Of a DNA stretch of 64,000 bases, positions 12,301 through 26,400 are shown piece after piece. The notes beneath the pieces are model-generated. The model was not told where the DNA came from and did no database searches. It saw nothing but the letters and a program-made list of their open reading frames with translations. The translations under genes were made by a program, and so were the position numbers. This stretch comes from Zancudomyces culisetae HAW-14-8 (Eukaryota > Fungi > Kickxellomycota). The stretch lies in contig JBNJNM010000021.1 in NCBI GenBank assembly GCA_052426225.1, forward strand, positions 1,364,001-1,428,000, read 5' to 3'. Within the stretch, counting starts at the first letter, position 1. Each line of letters starts with the position of its first letter.

Positions 12301-13347
12301 GTTTACGAGATTCATAGGAGCATTATCCAGATCACTAATGTTTGCAAATATTTGTAAAGGATTATTACAATTAATTTTGCAAAATTCTGAGTTAAAATCC
12401 AGTTTATCCTTAGGCCATTCGATTTGTGGGTTATGAAGTTTAAGCCAGTTAATACCAATAATCAATGAGTATTTACCTAACTTAGTTACATCAAAACTAA
12501 TCGTTTCGTGATGGTGATATGTTTGTAGTTGTAAAGGAATTGTGTTGTGAGTGATAGATCCAGATGAAATTGATCTACCATCGATTACTAATAGTGGGAT
12601 AGGAACTTCTTTCTTTAGTAGCGGGATGTTAACTTTAATAGCAAACTCGGAGTCAATAAAACAGCTAGTGGCACCGGAATCGATCATAGCATTTAGTTTT
12701 AAGCTCTTGTTGGCTATGAATAAGGTAACAGGGATTACTAAATGTTCGTTAGTAGTCGAAGTCATTATAGACGTTAGTGGTTGATCAATTGTAGAAGTAT
12801 TGATATCATCAAAGTTGTTCGAGTTTGTTCTTGCAGATGGTAAATTATTAAGTACGAGATGGGATTCGAGGTCCAATTCATTTTCGGAATCGGAGTCAAG
12901 GTATGATGAATATTCAGATAACATATAGGATTCAAGTTCAGATTCAGGTTCAGGTTCAGATTCAGGTTCAGGTTCAGATTCAGGTTCAGGTTCAGGTTCA
13001 GGTTCAGGTTCAGGTTCAGGTTCAGGTTCAGGTTCAGGTTCAGGTTCAGGTTCAGGTTCAGGTTCAGGTTCAGGTTCAGGTTCAGGTTCAGGTTCAGGTT
13101 CAGGTTCAGGTTCAGGTTCAGGTTCAGGTTCAGGTTCAGGTTCAGGTTCAGGTTCAGGTTCAGGTTCAGGTTCAAAAATTTTAGAATTAATAAGGCAGTC
13201 GTCAAAATCTTCGTGGGTAGATTCCGGTTGATAAGAAGTGGAATAAAGGTTCAGGACTTGTGAGATTGGACCAGGGGAGGACGGTTTGTAATGTTCGATA
13301 AAGCCCAGAGGTACGTCCTTTAAACGTTCTGGGCTGGAGAGTTTTCC
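9308..13347 (-). pseudogene. G2 Pol (PR-RT-RH-IN-chromo)
   Basis: IDSGA, YLDD, TDAS, SMDF, YLVDWKGY. Frameshift near 12135 and a TGA stop at 9737. Confidence 0.92.
12928..13173 (-). repeat. (GAACCT)n microsatellite, ~41 units, reading (Glu-Pro)n in the G2 pol frame
   Basis: caggtt tandem array on the + strand; the -1 pol frame stays open through it into the protease ORF. Confidence 0.9.
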
Positions 13348-14282
13348 TGTGTGGTGGTGGCAGCGAGAGTAATTGTGGATCTATTTTGTGGGCGTCTGGG
13401 ACAGATCGCTATGATGTGGTCAGGGTTACCACAATACAAGCAGAGGTTGTTGTCACGGCGTCTTTGGCGTTCTTCAGGTGTTATGGGTGGGCGGCGTGTG
13501 GATGTTCCGTCAATTTCCATGGGCTGTGTGCGTGGTTGGTGTGGACTTGTAGGGTCTGATCTGGGTATTGTAGGCTGGTTAAAGGCGAAGCGGCTGCGAT
13601 GGGTTCTTTCTAATTGTCTTTCAAAGAGTCTGTTGTCTACCTTGATAGAAAGATCAATTAGTTCGTTGAGGTTTTCAGGTCTGTCAAATCTTGCCAGTTG
13701 ATCCTTGACTTCATCCTTGAGTCCTTCATAATATTGGCTACAAAGGGCGGAGTCGTTCCAATTGGTTAACGTAGAAAGGCGACGGAAGTCAGTCGCGTAG
13801 TTGACAGCTGAATTGGTTTGGCGAAGCCTTCTTAATTGTCTTTCGGCAGTAGACGCTTGATGTGGGTTGCCAAACACTCTATGTAGTTCTTCAGTAAATA
13901 GTTCAAAATCTGTAAGCATAGGTACCGGTGTACGGGACTCGAGGTAGGGTTGTAGCCACGAGAAGGCTGCACCACGAAGGAAGGTAGATGCAAAAACAAC
14001 TTTTTGCTTGTCTGAAGGGAACCGAGATGGCTGTGCTTCGATTACGAGGTTGACTTGTGAAATGAAATTACGGAGATGATCTCTGTTACCATTATAGTAT
14101 TCGGGATCTGCTACTCTGGGTTCACGAGAAACGGTCATGGATTGAACGTGTCCAGGGTTGGCTAAAGAGTCTACACGGCTTTGCAAGTCTCCTAGACGGT
14201 TAAACATGCGATGGAGTTCGTTGTACTCGCGGACAGTCATCATGACTGGTGCGTCTAAATCTTCAATGTGTGTGTCCGACAT
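13320..14282 (-). CDS. G2 Gag
   Basis: MSDTHIED start; [27 protein letters not shown] knuckle. Confidence 0.9.
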   Translation of the reverse strand: MSDTHIEDLDAPVMMTVREYNELHRMFNRLGDLQSRVDSLANPGHVQSMTVSREPRVADPEYYNGNRDHLRNFISQVNLVIEAQPSRFPSDKQKVVFASTFLRGAAFSWLQPYLESRTPVPMLTDFELFTEELHRVFGNPHQASTAERQLRRLRQTNSAVNYATDFRRLSTLTNWNDSALCSQYYEGLKDEVKDQLARFDRPENLNELIDLSIKVDNRLFERQLERTHRSRFAFNQPTIPRSDPTSPHQPRTQPMEIDGTSTRRPPITPEERQRRRDNNLCLYCGNPDHIIAICPRRPQNRSTITLAATTTQENSPAQNV

Positions 14283-15853
14283 GGCTTGGAATAGTAGTAA
14301 ACTGTTATGGATCTGACAAACTGTCAAAACTGGTTTAGGAATATTTAGCTTAGTACTATTTTATTTATATATATAGACAATTGTTGTCAGATAAGGAATA
14401 GAAATTTTAAGAAAAAAACTAGGGTTTATATACTTATAAAAAAGTTAGAAACTTGAATAAAAATTATTGCTTCTATCGCTTGATTACTAATCAAAATGTT
14501 CTAGACAGGAACTTATTATTAAAATCATTAAGTAATAATAAAATTTCTAGAATGTTCTTAGAAAATCGTGAAATGATAATTACGAATTTATTAATTAAAA
14601 TTCGTAATTTAAACTTACCAATAAATATAAATAGACACAACGGTCTAGAATTTAATTATATTTTATGGTTATGACAAATACATCGACTCCTGTGAAACGT
14701 GTTACCGCATCAAACATGTCACAACCAAGCCATCTGGAATGCTCATGCCATTAAACACCCCCAATCGTCCTTGGGAAGCTGTTTCTATGGATTTCATAGT
14801 GGAGTTACCTCGTTCTGAAGGTAATACGGTAGTCTTGGTGGTAGTGGACCGCTTAACCAAGATGGCCCACTTTATTCCGCTCAAGAGTACTCCGTCCGCT
14901 ACAGAAACAGCCACAAAGTTTATGGAGTACGTTTTCAAGCTACACGGTATGCCACAAAGCATTGTTTCTGACCGTGGACCCCAGTTTGTTTCTAAGTTCT
15001 GGAGAGAACTAACTCGACTCCTAAAGATTGACTTGCACATGTCTACCGCATACCATCCACAGTCTGATGGTCAGACAGAACGAGTCAACCAGATACTCGA
15101 GCAGTATCTGCGTTGTTTCGTCAATTATCAACAAGACAATTGGGTCCAGCTTCTCCCCATGGCCGAGTTTGCATATAACAATGCGACTCATGCATCTACC
15201 AAAGCCAGTCCCTTCTACGCTAACTATGGTTATGACCCTCAACTAACCATTGACCTAACCACTGACTCCAAAGTACCTAGTGCGCTAGAATTTGCTACTC
15301 ATCTGAAAAACATTCAAGACCAACTCAAGTTACATCTAGAAACTGCCAAAAGTAACTATAAACGTTTTGCTGACAAAAAACGATCAGATACCCAAGACTT
15401 CAACCAGGCTCCAAAGTATGGCTTTCTCAAGCCAATATCAAGACCATGCGACCATCGCACAAGTTAGACTTCAAATACATTGGTCCATTTGAAATTATTG
15501 AGATGGTCAATCCTGTAACTGCTAAACTCAAGCTACCTGACAATATGAAAATTCATCCCGTCTTCCACGTGTCCCTGCTAAAACCACATAAACAGACATC
15601 ATATTCTAACCGTACCCAACTACCCCCACCTCCTATCATAGTAGACAATCAAGAAGAATACGAAGTATCTTCTATCCTGGACTCCAAGTTTGTTAAAAGG
15701 AAATTAAAGTATCTGATTGATTGGAAAGGATACAGTCCTGAAGATCGGACATGGGAATATGCTGAAGACGTTCATGCACCTGACCTCGTTGCCAAGTTCC
15801 ATGCCAGATATCCAGAAAAGCCAGGACCGCGTGCCAGCATTAGAGAGGGATGA

Positions 15854-16262
15854 TGTCATGATTTATCATGCCATTTGTAATTAAATACACGTGTTGTATT
15901 TAATTACTAAATTGCTGCGCAATTTTGTCAAAAATCATTTTGGGAAATTTAATTTTGTTGATTGCGCAGTAGAATAGGTAATTAAGAAACGTGTTAAAAT
16001 TACGACATTTTGCTGCGCAATTACACGTTTTACATTACTAATAAATTGATTAGTAATCAATCTAGAATTCTAACATTCTAGAATTTTTTATATAGTTATA
16101 ACTATGTTTTTCATAGTTTTTTAGTAGTTTTGGAAAAGTATATATAGCCATAGATTTTATTGAAAGAGAAGCTTCAGCAATAAAATATCTGCACAAGATA
16201 TATACTACTTTATATAAATTTATAAAATAAATAAAATAATACTTAGTTGTCTGGTCCTGACA
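15854..16262 (+). repeat. G1 3' LTR
   Basis: Homologous to 4454-4862 with many substitutions; preceded by a PPT. Confidence 0.93.
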
Positions 16263-19200
16263 CAAACTCGCCTTTTTCGTGTTTACAATACAGTTTATGC
16301 TTCCTTAACTTGCTCAAAACATTCATAACATGCTCAGTATGTTGGTTAATATCCGGTGAAAAGATTAGTATATCATCTAGGTAAGATATTGCGTACACAT
16401 CCAATATATCTCTTATCACATCATTAATAAAATGTTGAAAAGTTGCGGGTGCATTAGTCAATCCAAATGGCATAACTTGATACTCGTAATGTCCATATCT
16501 GCATATAAATGCGGTTTTAGATTCATCACCTTGCTTAATTCTGACCAAGTTATATGCACTACGAAGATCCAATTTTGTAAATATTCGTGCATCCTTTAAT
16601 CTGTCAAACACCTCATCAATTCTAGGCAACGGATACCTGTTTTTAATAGTGTTTTCATTCAGTTTTCTGTAATCTACACACAGTCTTAGCTCACCAGATT
16701 TCTTTTTTACAAACATTATAGGCGCACCATAAGGTGATTTTGAATGCCTTATAAACTTGTTTGCAAGATTCTTGTCGATGTACGACTTTAATTCAGTTAG
16801 CTCAGTTTGAGATAGTGGGTATATTGGACCCCATAATGGTTTAGAATCTTCTTTTAAATCGATTCTACAGTCATATTCACGATGGTTTGGCAATGTTTCA
16901 GCCATTTTTGCATCAAAGACGTCAGTAAATTCAATATATTTTGTAGGTATAACAGTATGAGTAGATGTAGTTACAGAATTGTGAACATTTAAAACAGTTT
17001 TGATGTCAGTATCATACTTGAAAAGTATATTTTTATCCATTTTTTCATCAATATTTTCATTAAAATTTTGTGTGTTTTCAGTTGAAAAACCATCAATATC
17101 CATTGAATTTGTATCATTATGTATTTTAAAACTATTATCCAATTTATCTAGAGTTGTTGCAGTAGTATTAGATGTAATTGAAGTAACTTGAGTAGCAGAT
17201 GGAATAACTATAGGTGTTCTTTTTTTGATATTTTTAACTTTTATAGGCTTAAAAGTAGGAGTTGAAATTGGGTATAACTCTGCATCAAGGTTCAAGTTTT
17301 TAGTAGTTGTGGTTTCAGTAGTTGGTGGAGAAGTAGTACTACCTTCACTGGTAGTTTCAGGTGCAATGGATGTTTCCTTTGTATTTTTTAAATCAACTTT
17401 AGTTAATATTTTTTCAATATTTTCTGAATATTTTGTATTGTTTCTTAAATTTTTTGTATTTATTCTTTGATATATATCTTGTTTATCACTTTCAAGTGTG
17501 TCACTATTTGTGTTTGAGTTTATGATTGGTGTATTTTCAGCAACACATGATGGTTTGGTAATGTTATCTTCAATATTTTCATTCATTTTTCAATTTTTAA
17601 ACTCATTATTATCACTTTTTCCATGAAAAATGATACTTTGATTTTTTTTTGTAATGTCAATTATTTTTTGTTCTTTATCTTCACGATACGATAATTTTTA
17701 TTTTTCTTGTAATTCTTTTATATTTTGCTAATACATTTGTTGTACGAGCTTGTTCAACTCACTAGAAGTCATGATTTCATCAAATTCGATGTCATATTTG
17801 TTTAATTTTTTACCATTGTTGTTAGTATTTTTTTCAATAACTTCTTGTTTTTGTTCATTGATATCCGAATTATTAGTATGTGGTGGACTAAACATGTCAT
17901 GATCAAGTAGATATCCATAATTACTATAATCATCTGTTTGTACGGCTTCAGAGACCTTGTTTTTCTCACGTGATACTTTTTTCTTTACTATATTTTTGAC
18001 CTTATTTTTTGTATTTGTACCTTTTTGAGCAACGTTTTGTCCAGAGTTAAACAAGTGTGATTTTAGTTTAGACATAATAGTATTTGATTGTTCAGTATCG
18101 GCTTCAGCAGTGCTGTTTTGTCCAAAATAACTGCTATTATCATCACTTTTATCACTATTTTCATCACTATTTGGTACATTTTGTTCACTTTTTGATCTTC
18201 GGATGATACCTCTGGTCGATATATAACATCTACTGGCATCTTGTCGTGTACACAATTGTTCAAACAGTAATTTGAATTAAATAAGATGTCGAAAGTATCC
18301 CAATTGATACTTGGATTGTGCTTTTTTAACCATGGCATGCCTAAAATCACATGACCATGAACAGATTGAATTGGATGTAGATTAATGGTTTCAGTGTGAC
18401 CATTACCGATTGAAACTTTGATATCATTGTATACATGGTTAATACCAGTTGTACTAAGCATGTTACCATCAATAGATTCAATTCTGAATGGTGTTTTTAG
18501 CATTTTTGGTGGAAGATTTAACTTTTTTGCAGTGGTTGAGTCTATAAAATTTTCAGCGGAGCCTGAATCAATAAGACATTTTAATGAGACAAATTCTTTA
18601 TTTAAAGTTAACAGTTTAATATCGACAACTGGTCTATTAACTGTAAATAAATTGTTGTCAGAGTCGCAAAAAATTTTATCCAAAACTAACTTCCGCACTA
18701 GTTTTGGATGTCCCCTTTTAAATCCGTAACTTTAGCTTTGCACTGAGCAATATAGTGACCCTTTTTTCCACACTTAAAACATGTTCTGCTGTTATTAATA
18801 GTTGTTTTGCCATGTTTTACTTCAATACTGTCTACTTCCATAGCTTCTGGCTCATTTTTAATTTGCCCAAAACGATTATGTCCATGTCTAAAATAGGTAT
18901 TTCTGGGGGTGTTAGAGTTGCGAATATTATAATTAGAGTTGTTTGTATAGTTGTTAAATGCAATAATCCTATTTTCGATTTCACTAGTAGTTTGTATAAG
19001 TTCATCCAAGTTATGTGGGATCGGTGCCATGATTAAATATTGATGTATTGTCTTTTTAATCCCCTTTGATACTGGTCCATTAATGAGATATCATCAAATC
19101 CTGCACCACGTGCAAGCATTTTAAAATCAGTTGCGTATTCAATAATTGATCTGGTAACTTGATAACACTTTCTGATTTTGTTTGCACATTTAATCTGGTA

Positions 19201-20055
19201 ACTGGGGTCAGAAAAACTAGCACTGAAATATCCAAAAAATCTTGCAAAAATCTGCAAATATTCACTATTACCGCGAATTAAATCTTGAAACCACATTGCT
19301 GCTGGTCCTTCCAGATGTGCCCCAATGTAGACAATTTTTGATTTATCAGTTGTGAATACATTTTCATTGGCCCAAAACTGTAATTCAAGGCTTGCAACAA
19401 AATAATTGTATGACTCCGGATTACCATCAAATTTTTTGATGTCAGGTAACTTGATTTGATTAAAATTTTGAATATTCTCCGCACTCATTTTAATTAATGT
19501 TTATAGCTATGTTTTGACTAATTATGAAATTTTATATTAATTTAATTATTCGTAATAAATTTTAGAAGTTTAACAATATGTTAGATACCAATATTATACC
19601 CAATAATAATGGTATTAACAAACTATCACACAGTTAGTTTTTGAAAGCTATTAATTATTTGTTTATGAAAACACACAGTAATAATAAAATATAACTAATA
19701 TAACTTTATATGTAATTAACGAGATTGTTAAACTTAGTTGTTCATCAAAGGAAAATGTATACCCTTTTATACAACTAAGTTTATAATAAAACGTAATATA
19801 AAACTAAAACGAATATTATGATAAATATTTATAAATAAACTTATTTCATTAATATACATAATATTAATGATGACACATTTTATATTGATCATTGTATCAA
19901 TATTAATGTTTTAAACTAATTATTAAATAATAATTAAATAATATAAACTAAAAATTAATTAATATTTATGATACACATTTAATATCATTAATATTAGTTA
20001 ATACCATATTGTATTACATATACAATATTGTTATGATACATGTGTATTCATAACA
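16263..20055 (-). mobile_element. Ty3/Gypsy G3, 3'-truncated (5' LTR 19579-20055, gag, PR, partial RT)
   Basis: Gag 19488..18698 (frameshifted; CFKCGKKGHYIAQC), protease LIDSGS, RT YLDD ending abruptly at the G1 3' LTR. Its LTR is related to the solo LTR at 31642-31969. Confidence 0.9.
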
Positions 20056-21563
20056 CTCGCTCAATAATATCCAGAAATTAGATATATTGTATATTATATA
20101 ATGCACAATTGATATAATTTAATTTTATATATTATTTGAATTATTATTAATTAAATATTCATTATGTATTATAATATGAAAAATTTTATATAATGAGACA
20201 ATTTTGGAAATTTTTCAAAAAAAAAATTTAAACTATCATAACATTAGAATTCATATTTTAAATTTTTAAAATTTTTCATATTATAATATATATATTATTA
20301 TACTAATCAAAAGAATAATTTTTTAAAAAATATTATCTGATCAACGTAAACTGGATATAAAAAACGCGATACTTGAAGGCAGAAACATTGACCAAATCAT
20401 TATAGAAAATGGAGTTAGTAAAGCAACAATATACAGAATAAAAGCAGCAATGAATATCAATTTACCGGCTAATAAACGCGGTCGTCCTGCGAAGCTTTCA
20501 CTCCAAAGCAAGCGAATATGTACTAGGATGATATTATCTGGAATGTATCGAACTGCTACTTCGATACAAGAGAAGTTAGAAATGGATAATGTTGTAAGTG
20601 CTAGTAAGTCTACAATATATAGGGCTTTTAATGATCTAAAAGCCGTTGCAAAAAAAAAAACCTCCAAACCGAAACTGCGCCTTAAAAATAATGCAAAAAG
20701 GTTGAGATTCGCAAAATCTCATCGCCACTGGAATACTGATGATTGGAGGCGAGTAATTTGGTCCGACGAAACTAATATCAACCGATTTGGATCTGATGGA
20801 AATGAATGGAATTGGGTTCGTGATGGTGTGAGTCTACAGCCGCACAATATTAACCAGACCGTAAAACACGGTGGTGGATCATTAATGATTTGGGGATGCA
20901 TCACAGCATTTGGAACTGGCTACATGTGCCGAATAGAAGTCATGTTAAACAAGAAAGGTTATTTAAACATTCTAATAGACGAGCTTAGCAATACAATAAA
21001 GTACTACAAGTTGGATTCCAAGTCAATAATATTTCAACATGACAATTTTACTAAACATCCCTCAAAGTTAGTTACATGCTGGCTTCAAAACCAGAAATAT
21101 AATACATTGGACTGGCTGCCACAATCTCCATACGTAAACCCAATCGAAACTATATGGGCAATCATCAAAAGACGCATAAATAATTACAGTAAACTTCCGT
21201 CCGGGATGATCGCATTATGGGAGCGAATAGAATGGGAATGAAATCGAATTATAGTGGAATTAATAGTTGGACTTATAGATAGTATACCTAAAAGAATTGA
21301 ATTGTTTATTAAGTCTAAAAGCATGTAGACAAAATTTAAAAGTTTTATTTAAAAAAAATCAGAAATCTGTTTTAATGTTCTGAATATTTTATATATGAGA
21401 TTCTCAATGATTTCTAAACCAATAATTTTAATTTTATCATTTTAAAGTGCATCAAAAATACTATTAACAACATTTAATATTAAATCTAGGTATAATATTG
21501 GATGAATTATAATTATCTGAAATTATTTTATCAAACATAGTAACAGTTTTGAAACACACTGTA
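20056..21563 (+). mobile_element. Tc1/mariner DNA transposon, DD34E transposase pseudogene (~20330-21340)
   Basis: WSDET, QHDN and NPIE with 34 residues between the second D and E; VKHGGGSLMIWG; premature TGA at 21239. Right end ...acacactg|TA at 21561-21563; left TIR not recognisable. Confidence 0.9.
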
Positions 21564-21597
21564 TGTTTAATTGGAGAAATGTGAATTTAATCAAAAA

Positions 21598-22119
21598 TGG
21601 TAAGACTTATATATTTTTATTATTTTATTATTTATAAAAATATTGTATTCGCTATTGAATGGGATATTTTTCTCTGAAGTTTTCTTTCGATGGATTTGGA
21701 AAGGGTTTTTATACTTTAACCTCAGAGATTTTTCCTTATAAAATTTTCTTAAGTAAAGTTGCTATCAAACTATAAAATTGACTATTAAACTTATGAGTAA
21801 CAGATGTGATTAACTACCATGGGTTTAGAGTTTCATGATTGCGTCGTTCTTGTTTATTCTGACGATTCATTGAATCATTTAGTTTCGGAATCTTTTCGAG
21901 CTTTCTTATTTTCTAAATTGGTCTGTGAATATTTTTATAAACGAATCTCATCGCGAAATTCATTTTTACTTAACTTTGTTAAATAACTTAATAATTTGTA
22001 CTTAGTTACTTTTTATTAATTTGTATTTTAATACAATTTCATTTTGTAACCTTCTTGATTTGGTCATGAGAAATTATGTAAGTGAAATTATTTACCTATT
22101 TTTTGACACAATTCCAACA
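21598..22119 (-). repeat. Diverged G5-family LTR (solo or remnant)
   Basis: Reverse-complement similarity to 33212-33776 along its length; no matching TSD. Confidence 0.8.
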
Positions 22120-22522
22120 CCTATGGCAGAGTTTTCGTATAATAATTCTAAACATTCATCTACAAAGTCATCACCGATTTACAGTCACATGAGATATCAT
22201 CCGAACTTCACTACAATCAAATAATCTACTACACAAGCACCCGAAGCAGATGAACACATAAATAACTTTAGAAAAATAAATACATTATAAAAAACTAATT
22301 AATATAATTCTGTCATGGCCAATCAGGTGACATCTAACCTCCCATAACATTTATTCTAATATTTACTTAGTATTTAATTAATATCATTTGCCTAGCTGTA
22401 ATTCCTTAAGAATACAACCTGAATAACTAATAAAACTCTTGCTGTGACATTTTGTAATTCTTCTAACTCCTAGTTAATCAGTCTAGTTTAGTTAGAAATT
22501 TAAATTAAATAATCTTAAGATT

Positions 22523-23434
22523 ATGGGTGAAACCGAGCCAAAAACACCCGAAATTGAAAAGTTTTCCGGAGCCGCGGAACAATTTGTTCCCTTCATGGCT
22601 CAGATCCGCAGACAGTTTTGGGCAAAATCAGATGCTTTTCCTACAGAAAAGAAAAAGATTGCTTTCATCAGTGCTCACTTCTCAGGTCATGCCGCCACTT
22701 GGTTTGACGATATTCTTGAATCCGAAGCCCAGCTCCCAGAAACCGCACCTAAACTCTTGTCCTCATATGAAGAGTTTATGAAAAGTTTCAAGCTCAGATT
22801 CTCAGATCCCGGACACAAGTCACGTGCAGTTCAGCAGCTCCACCAACTCAAGCAAGGTACTCTTTCCGTTATGGCTTACGCAGTGGACTTTAGGAACTTG
22901 GCCAGAATATGTGATTTTGGTGAAGCCGCCAATATTGACATATTTAGGCGAGGTCTAAGTAACAGGATTACCCGACATCTGATCGCTACCAAAATGCCAG
23001 AAAAGTTGGATGAAGTAATAACTCTAGTAGTTGAGTTGGAAAACACAATTAATTCCAACCTCAGCTATATGAACAGATCCGAGTTCAGAAGTCCATATCC
23101 AGCAGCAAACCCGCTTCCAAGACAGCCCAGACCATTTCAGCCAATGAACAAGCCGTTCCCAAATTACCAGCAAAATCAGTTTCAGCAACACGCGTACCAG
23201 AACCAGAACTTCCAGCGCCAGCCAAGACAGTACCGCCCTCAGACCCCAGAACCAATGGATATTGATGCCGTTATCCCAAAGCCTAGAGGACCGTTAACAG
23301 CCGAAGAGCGCCAGAGACGTATCCTCAATAGCCTTTGCATTTATTGTGGTCAACCCGGCCACATATTGAGAAATTGTCCGTTACGTGTCCCAAGACCATC
23401 AGAGCCAAATTTAAACGTCGAACCCCAGGAATAA
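22523..23434 (+). CDS. G4 Gag
   Basis: PEIEKFSG, EPMDID, CIYCGQPGHILRNC. Confidence 0.92.
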   Translation: MGETEPKTPEIEKFSGAAEQFVPFMAQIRRQFWAKSDAFPTEKKKIAFISAHFSGHAATWFDDILESEAQLPETAPKLLSSYEEFMKSFKLRFSDPGHKSRAVQQLHQLKQGTLSVMAYAVDFRNLARICDFGEAANIDIFRRGLSNRITRHLIATKMPEKLDEVITLVVELENTINSNLSYMNRSEFRSPYPAANPLPRQPRPFQPMNKPFPNYQQNQFQQHAYQNQNFQRQPRQYRPQTPEPMDIDAVIPKPRGPLTAEERQRRILNSLCIYCGQPGHILRNCPLRVPRPSEPNLNVEPQE

Positions 23435-26400
23435 CCGGCAAGGTATTACTGGGGCTCACCTTACAGGGATTCCAAGCTAATAAATTTTTAATAAAGTTAA
23501 TTTTAAATAACTTAATAACAGTTAATGCACTAATTGACTCTGGTGCTTCTGAAAATTTTATTAGTCTAAACCTCGTAAAGCAATTAGCCTTGCCCATAGA
23601 AAATCTGAAAACCCCGATTCCCGTAGAAACTATTGATGGGAAACCACTCACAAATTCAGGTATCAATGCAGTAGTCCGGAACATCAAGCTCAGTACCAAG
23701 GATAAATACCACTTCACCTCGGACCTATACGTGATACCCGCCACTCATGCCGAAATTGTATTAGGCCTTCCATGGTTACAAAAACATAACCCTGATATCA
23801 ACTGGAAAAAGCTGACGATGGATACAAAAACCCACACTACTAAGCCTATAGCCGTAAACAATCTTAATATTGATCCGAATCGCAGAATTTCAAAAAACGA
23901 TATCAAAAAACTAAGTCAGCTGATGGATGATAAATTAGTATTAGATGAAGAAAATAAGGTTGACAGAATGAGCGTATCAGAATCAGATTACAGCATGGAC
24001 TCAGAAGATATAAGCCAAGATGATTCGGATGGCTATTCGGAAAATGATACATCTTCAGAGAGCGAATCCGAAGATGATCTCGGAAGATTCTATGATACTC
24101 AACCAGAAGCAATACATTGGCAAAATTTGAACCCAAGCGATATATTACAGCAAATTACCGAAATAACCGCATCACTCAGGCAGCCACAAGTCCCAATCCA
24201 ACAGACAAACCATAATTTGGAAGCCTACCAGTCAGATGACAGCCATTTATCCGCATACCATTCTGATTCCGATTCCGAACGTTCATTGACTTCCACCGTA
24301 ACCTCACCTCAAATCCGTTATTACCACACTCGCGAGAGTATTTCACCTCGCCTGGGACGTCCCCCACCAATGGTAAATTTACCACCTCCAGTAACTTTTT
24401 ACCCAAGTACACCTATTACTCCTGAGATTCTAAGTACTCCAGCTCCCAATATTCCAGCCCAACCAGATTTGACACCACCTGAACCTGTTTCTTCCGCATT
24501 TGACATAGGAATGCCACTTCTTACTATTCCGATTCAACCAAATAATTTTATAAAAAAGACAACAAAAAAACCAGTAAACAAAAAAACATTAAGGACAAAA
24601 AATTTTAAACCAATCAGTCGCGTAATTTCTGAAATTTCACAGTTACAACCAATCACGGAAAAACATTCAGCAAATAACAATCTCATTCCTGAAATCCCAC
24701 CTGAACATGCCTCCCTAGCCAAGGTATTTGACCTATCCCTAGCCTCTAAACTCCCTTCTCGCAGATCATATGACTGCCAAATCGACATCAAAAAAGAATC
24801 TAAACCACCATGGGGCCCTATTTACCCATTATCTGAAAGGGAACTCCTGACTCATCGTGACTACATTACTGAAAACTTAGCAAATGGATTCATCAGAAAG
24901 TCCAAATCCTCTGCTGGTGCTCCAATCATGTTCGTTAAGAAGAAATCTGGTGACCTCCGCCTTTGTGTAGACTATCGTAAGCTCAACGATATGACTATGA
25001 AAAACAGATACCCTCTGCCCAGGATCGATGAAGCCTTTGATAGGCTTAGATCTGCCAAATATTTTACCAAACTAGATTTGAAAGGTGCTTATAATCTAGT
25101 CAGGATCAGGAAGGGGGACGAATGGAAGACCGCGTTCAGATGCCGCTATGGACATTTTGAATACAATGTCATGCCTTTTGGCTTGACAAATGCGCCCGCG
25201 ACCTTCCAACATTTCATCAATGATGTTCTAAGAGATGTGCTTGATCGTTACGCCATCGCTTACCTTGATGACATTCTGATATTTTCCGACAATTTCCAGG
25301 ACCACATCAGCCATGTAAACAAAGTTTTAGCAAAATTGTTAACAAATGGATTGTACTGCAACTTGGAAAAATGCGAATTCCATAAACAGGAAGTGGATTT
25401 CTTAGGACACCGCGTGACTTCAAATGGAATCAGTACAGATCCAGCCAAGATTCAGACAATCCACAAATGGAAGGTTCCAAAGGATTGCAAGGATATCCAA
25501 TCTGTCCTGGGATTTGCTAACTACTATAGGAAGTTCATCCCTGAGTATGCTCAAATCACGTTGCCGATGACAAATCTGCTGAAAAAAGACATCAAGTTCA
25601 TTTGGGGTCCTGATCAGCAAAAGTCATATGACACCCTGAAAACCATGCTTACGACTTCACCCGTGTTACAGTATCCTGACCCCGGTAAGCAGTTCATAGT
25701 TGAGACTGACGCATCAGACTATGCCATTGGTGCAATTCTGTCGCAAGCCGACGAGAAAGGTGACTTCCGCCCCTGTGCTTATTATTCCTACAAACTCAAG
25801 GCAGCCGAGCTTAATTATAATGTTTATGACAAGGAATTACTAGGAATAGTGAAGGCTCTTAAGGAATGGAGACACTACCTAGAAGGAGCTCAACACCAGT
25901 TCATCGTTTTGACAGATCATAAAAACCTTGAAACCTTCAAGACTTCAAAGGTCCTCAATAGGCGACATGCAAGATGGTCATTGGAATTCAGCCGTTACGA
26001 CTTTGTGATCACCTATAGGCCTGGAAAGCTTGGTGGAAAACCAGACATTTTATCACGTTACTTGGATCATGACCGCGCCTTACAAGACAAAACAATACTC
26101 CCAGCCTCAGTTTTTATCGACAGTCTAATAACCACCAATCCGTTTCTCCTAGATGATCTCGTCCTACAAACACAAAATGAGCGAATAGAATTAACTAAAA
26201 GGGCAGAAACAGAAGCAGCTAAAAAACATCTCGCTGTAGGATCAACACCAGACAATCTCATTACTCTTGGAAATTTAGTCATTGTGCCTAAAGCATCAGT
26301 GTTTAAAGTGATCAGTTCAAGGAATGATAGCAAGTTGACAGGCCACTATGGATACAAAAAGACAGTAGAACTACTGAAAAGAGACTTCTGGTTCCCACAT

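Larger units (their letters stand above)
8940..14676 (-). mobile_element. Full-length Ty3/Gypsy chromovirus G2 nested in the G1 integrase
   Basis: Similar LTRs at 8940-9295 and 14322-14676; TSD AATAC (8935-8939 and 14677-14681); minus-strand PPT next to 9296. Confidence 0.95.
5781..15853 (+). pseudogene. G1 Pol (PR-RT-RH-IN-chromo), split by G2 at 8940-14676
   Basis: IDSGA, YLDD, CDAS, SMDF/SDRG/QTER, YLIDWKGY. Stops at 7458 and 8904, frameshift near 15405. Confidence 0.92.
4454..16262 (+). mobile_element. Ty3/Gypsy chromovirus G1 (interrupted by G2; probably recombinant)
   Basis: Two ~409-bp TG...CA LTRs, gag, PR-RT-RH-IN-chromodomain, PPT agagaggga before 15854. Flanks GCTAT and CAAAC do not match. 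Confidence 0.93.

Noticed and set aside
12774-13205. (LN)n and (QV)n ORFs
   Set aside because: Other frames of the hexamer microsatellite; the pol frame reads (EP)n.
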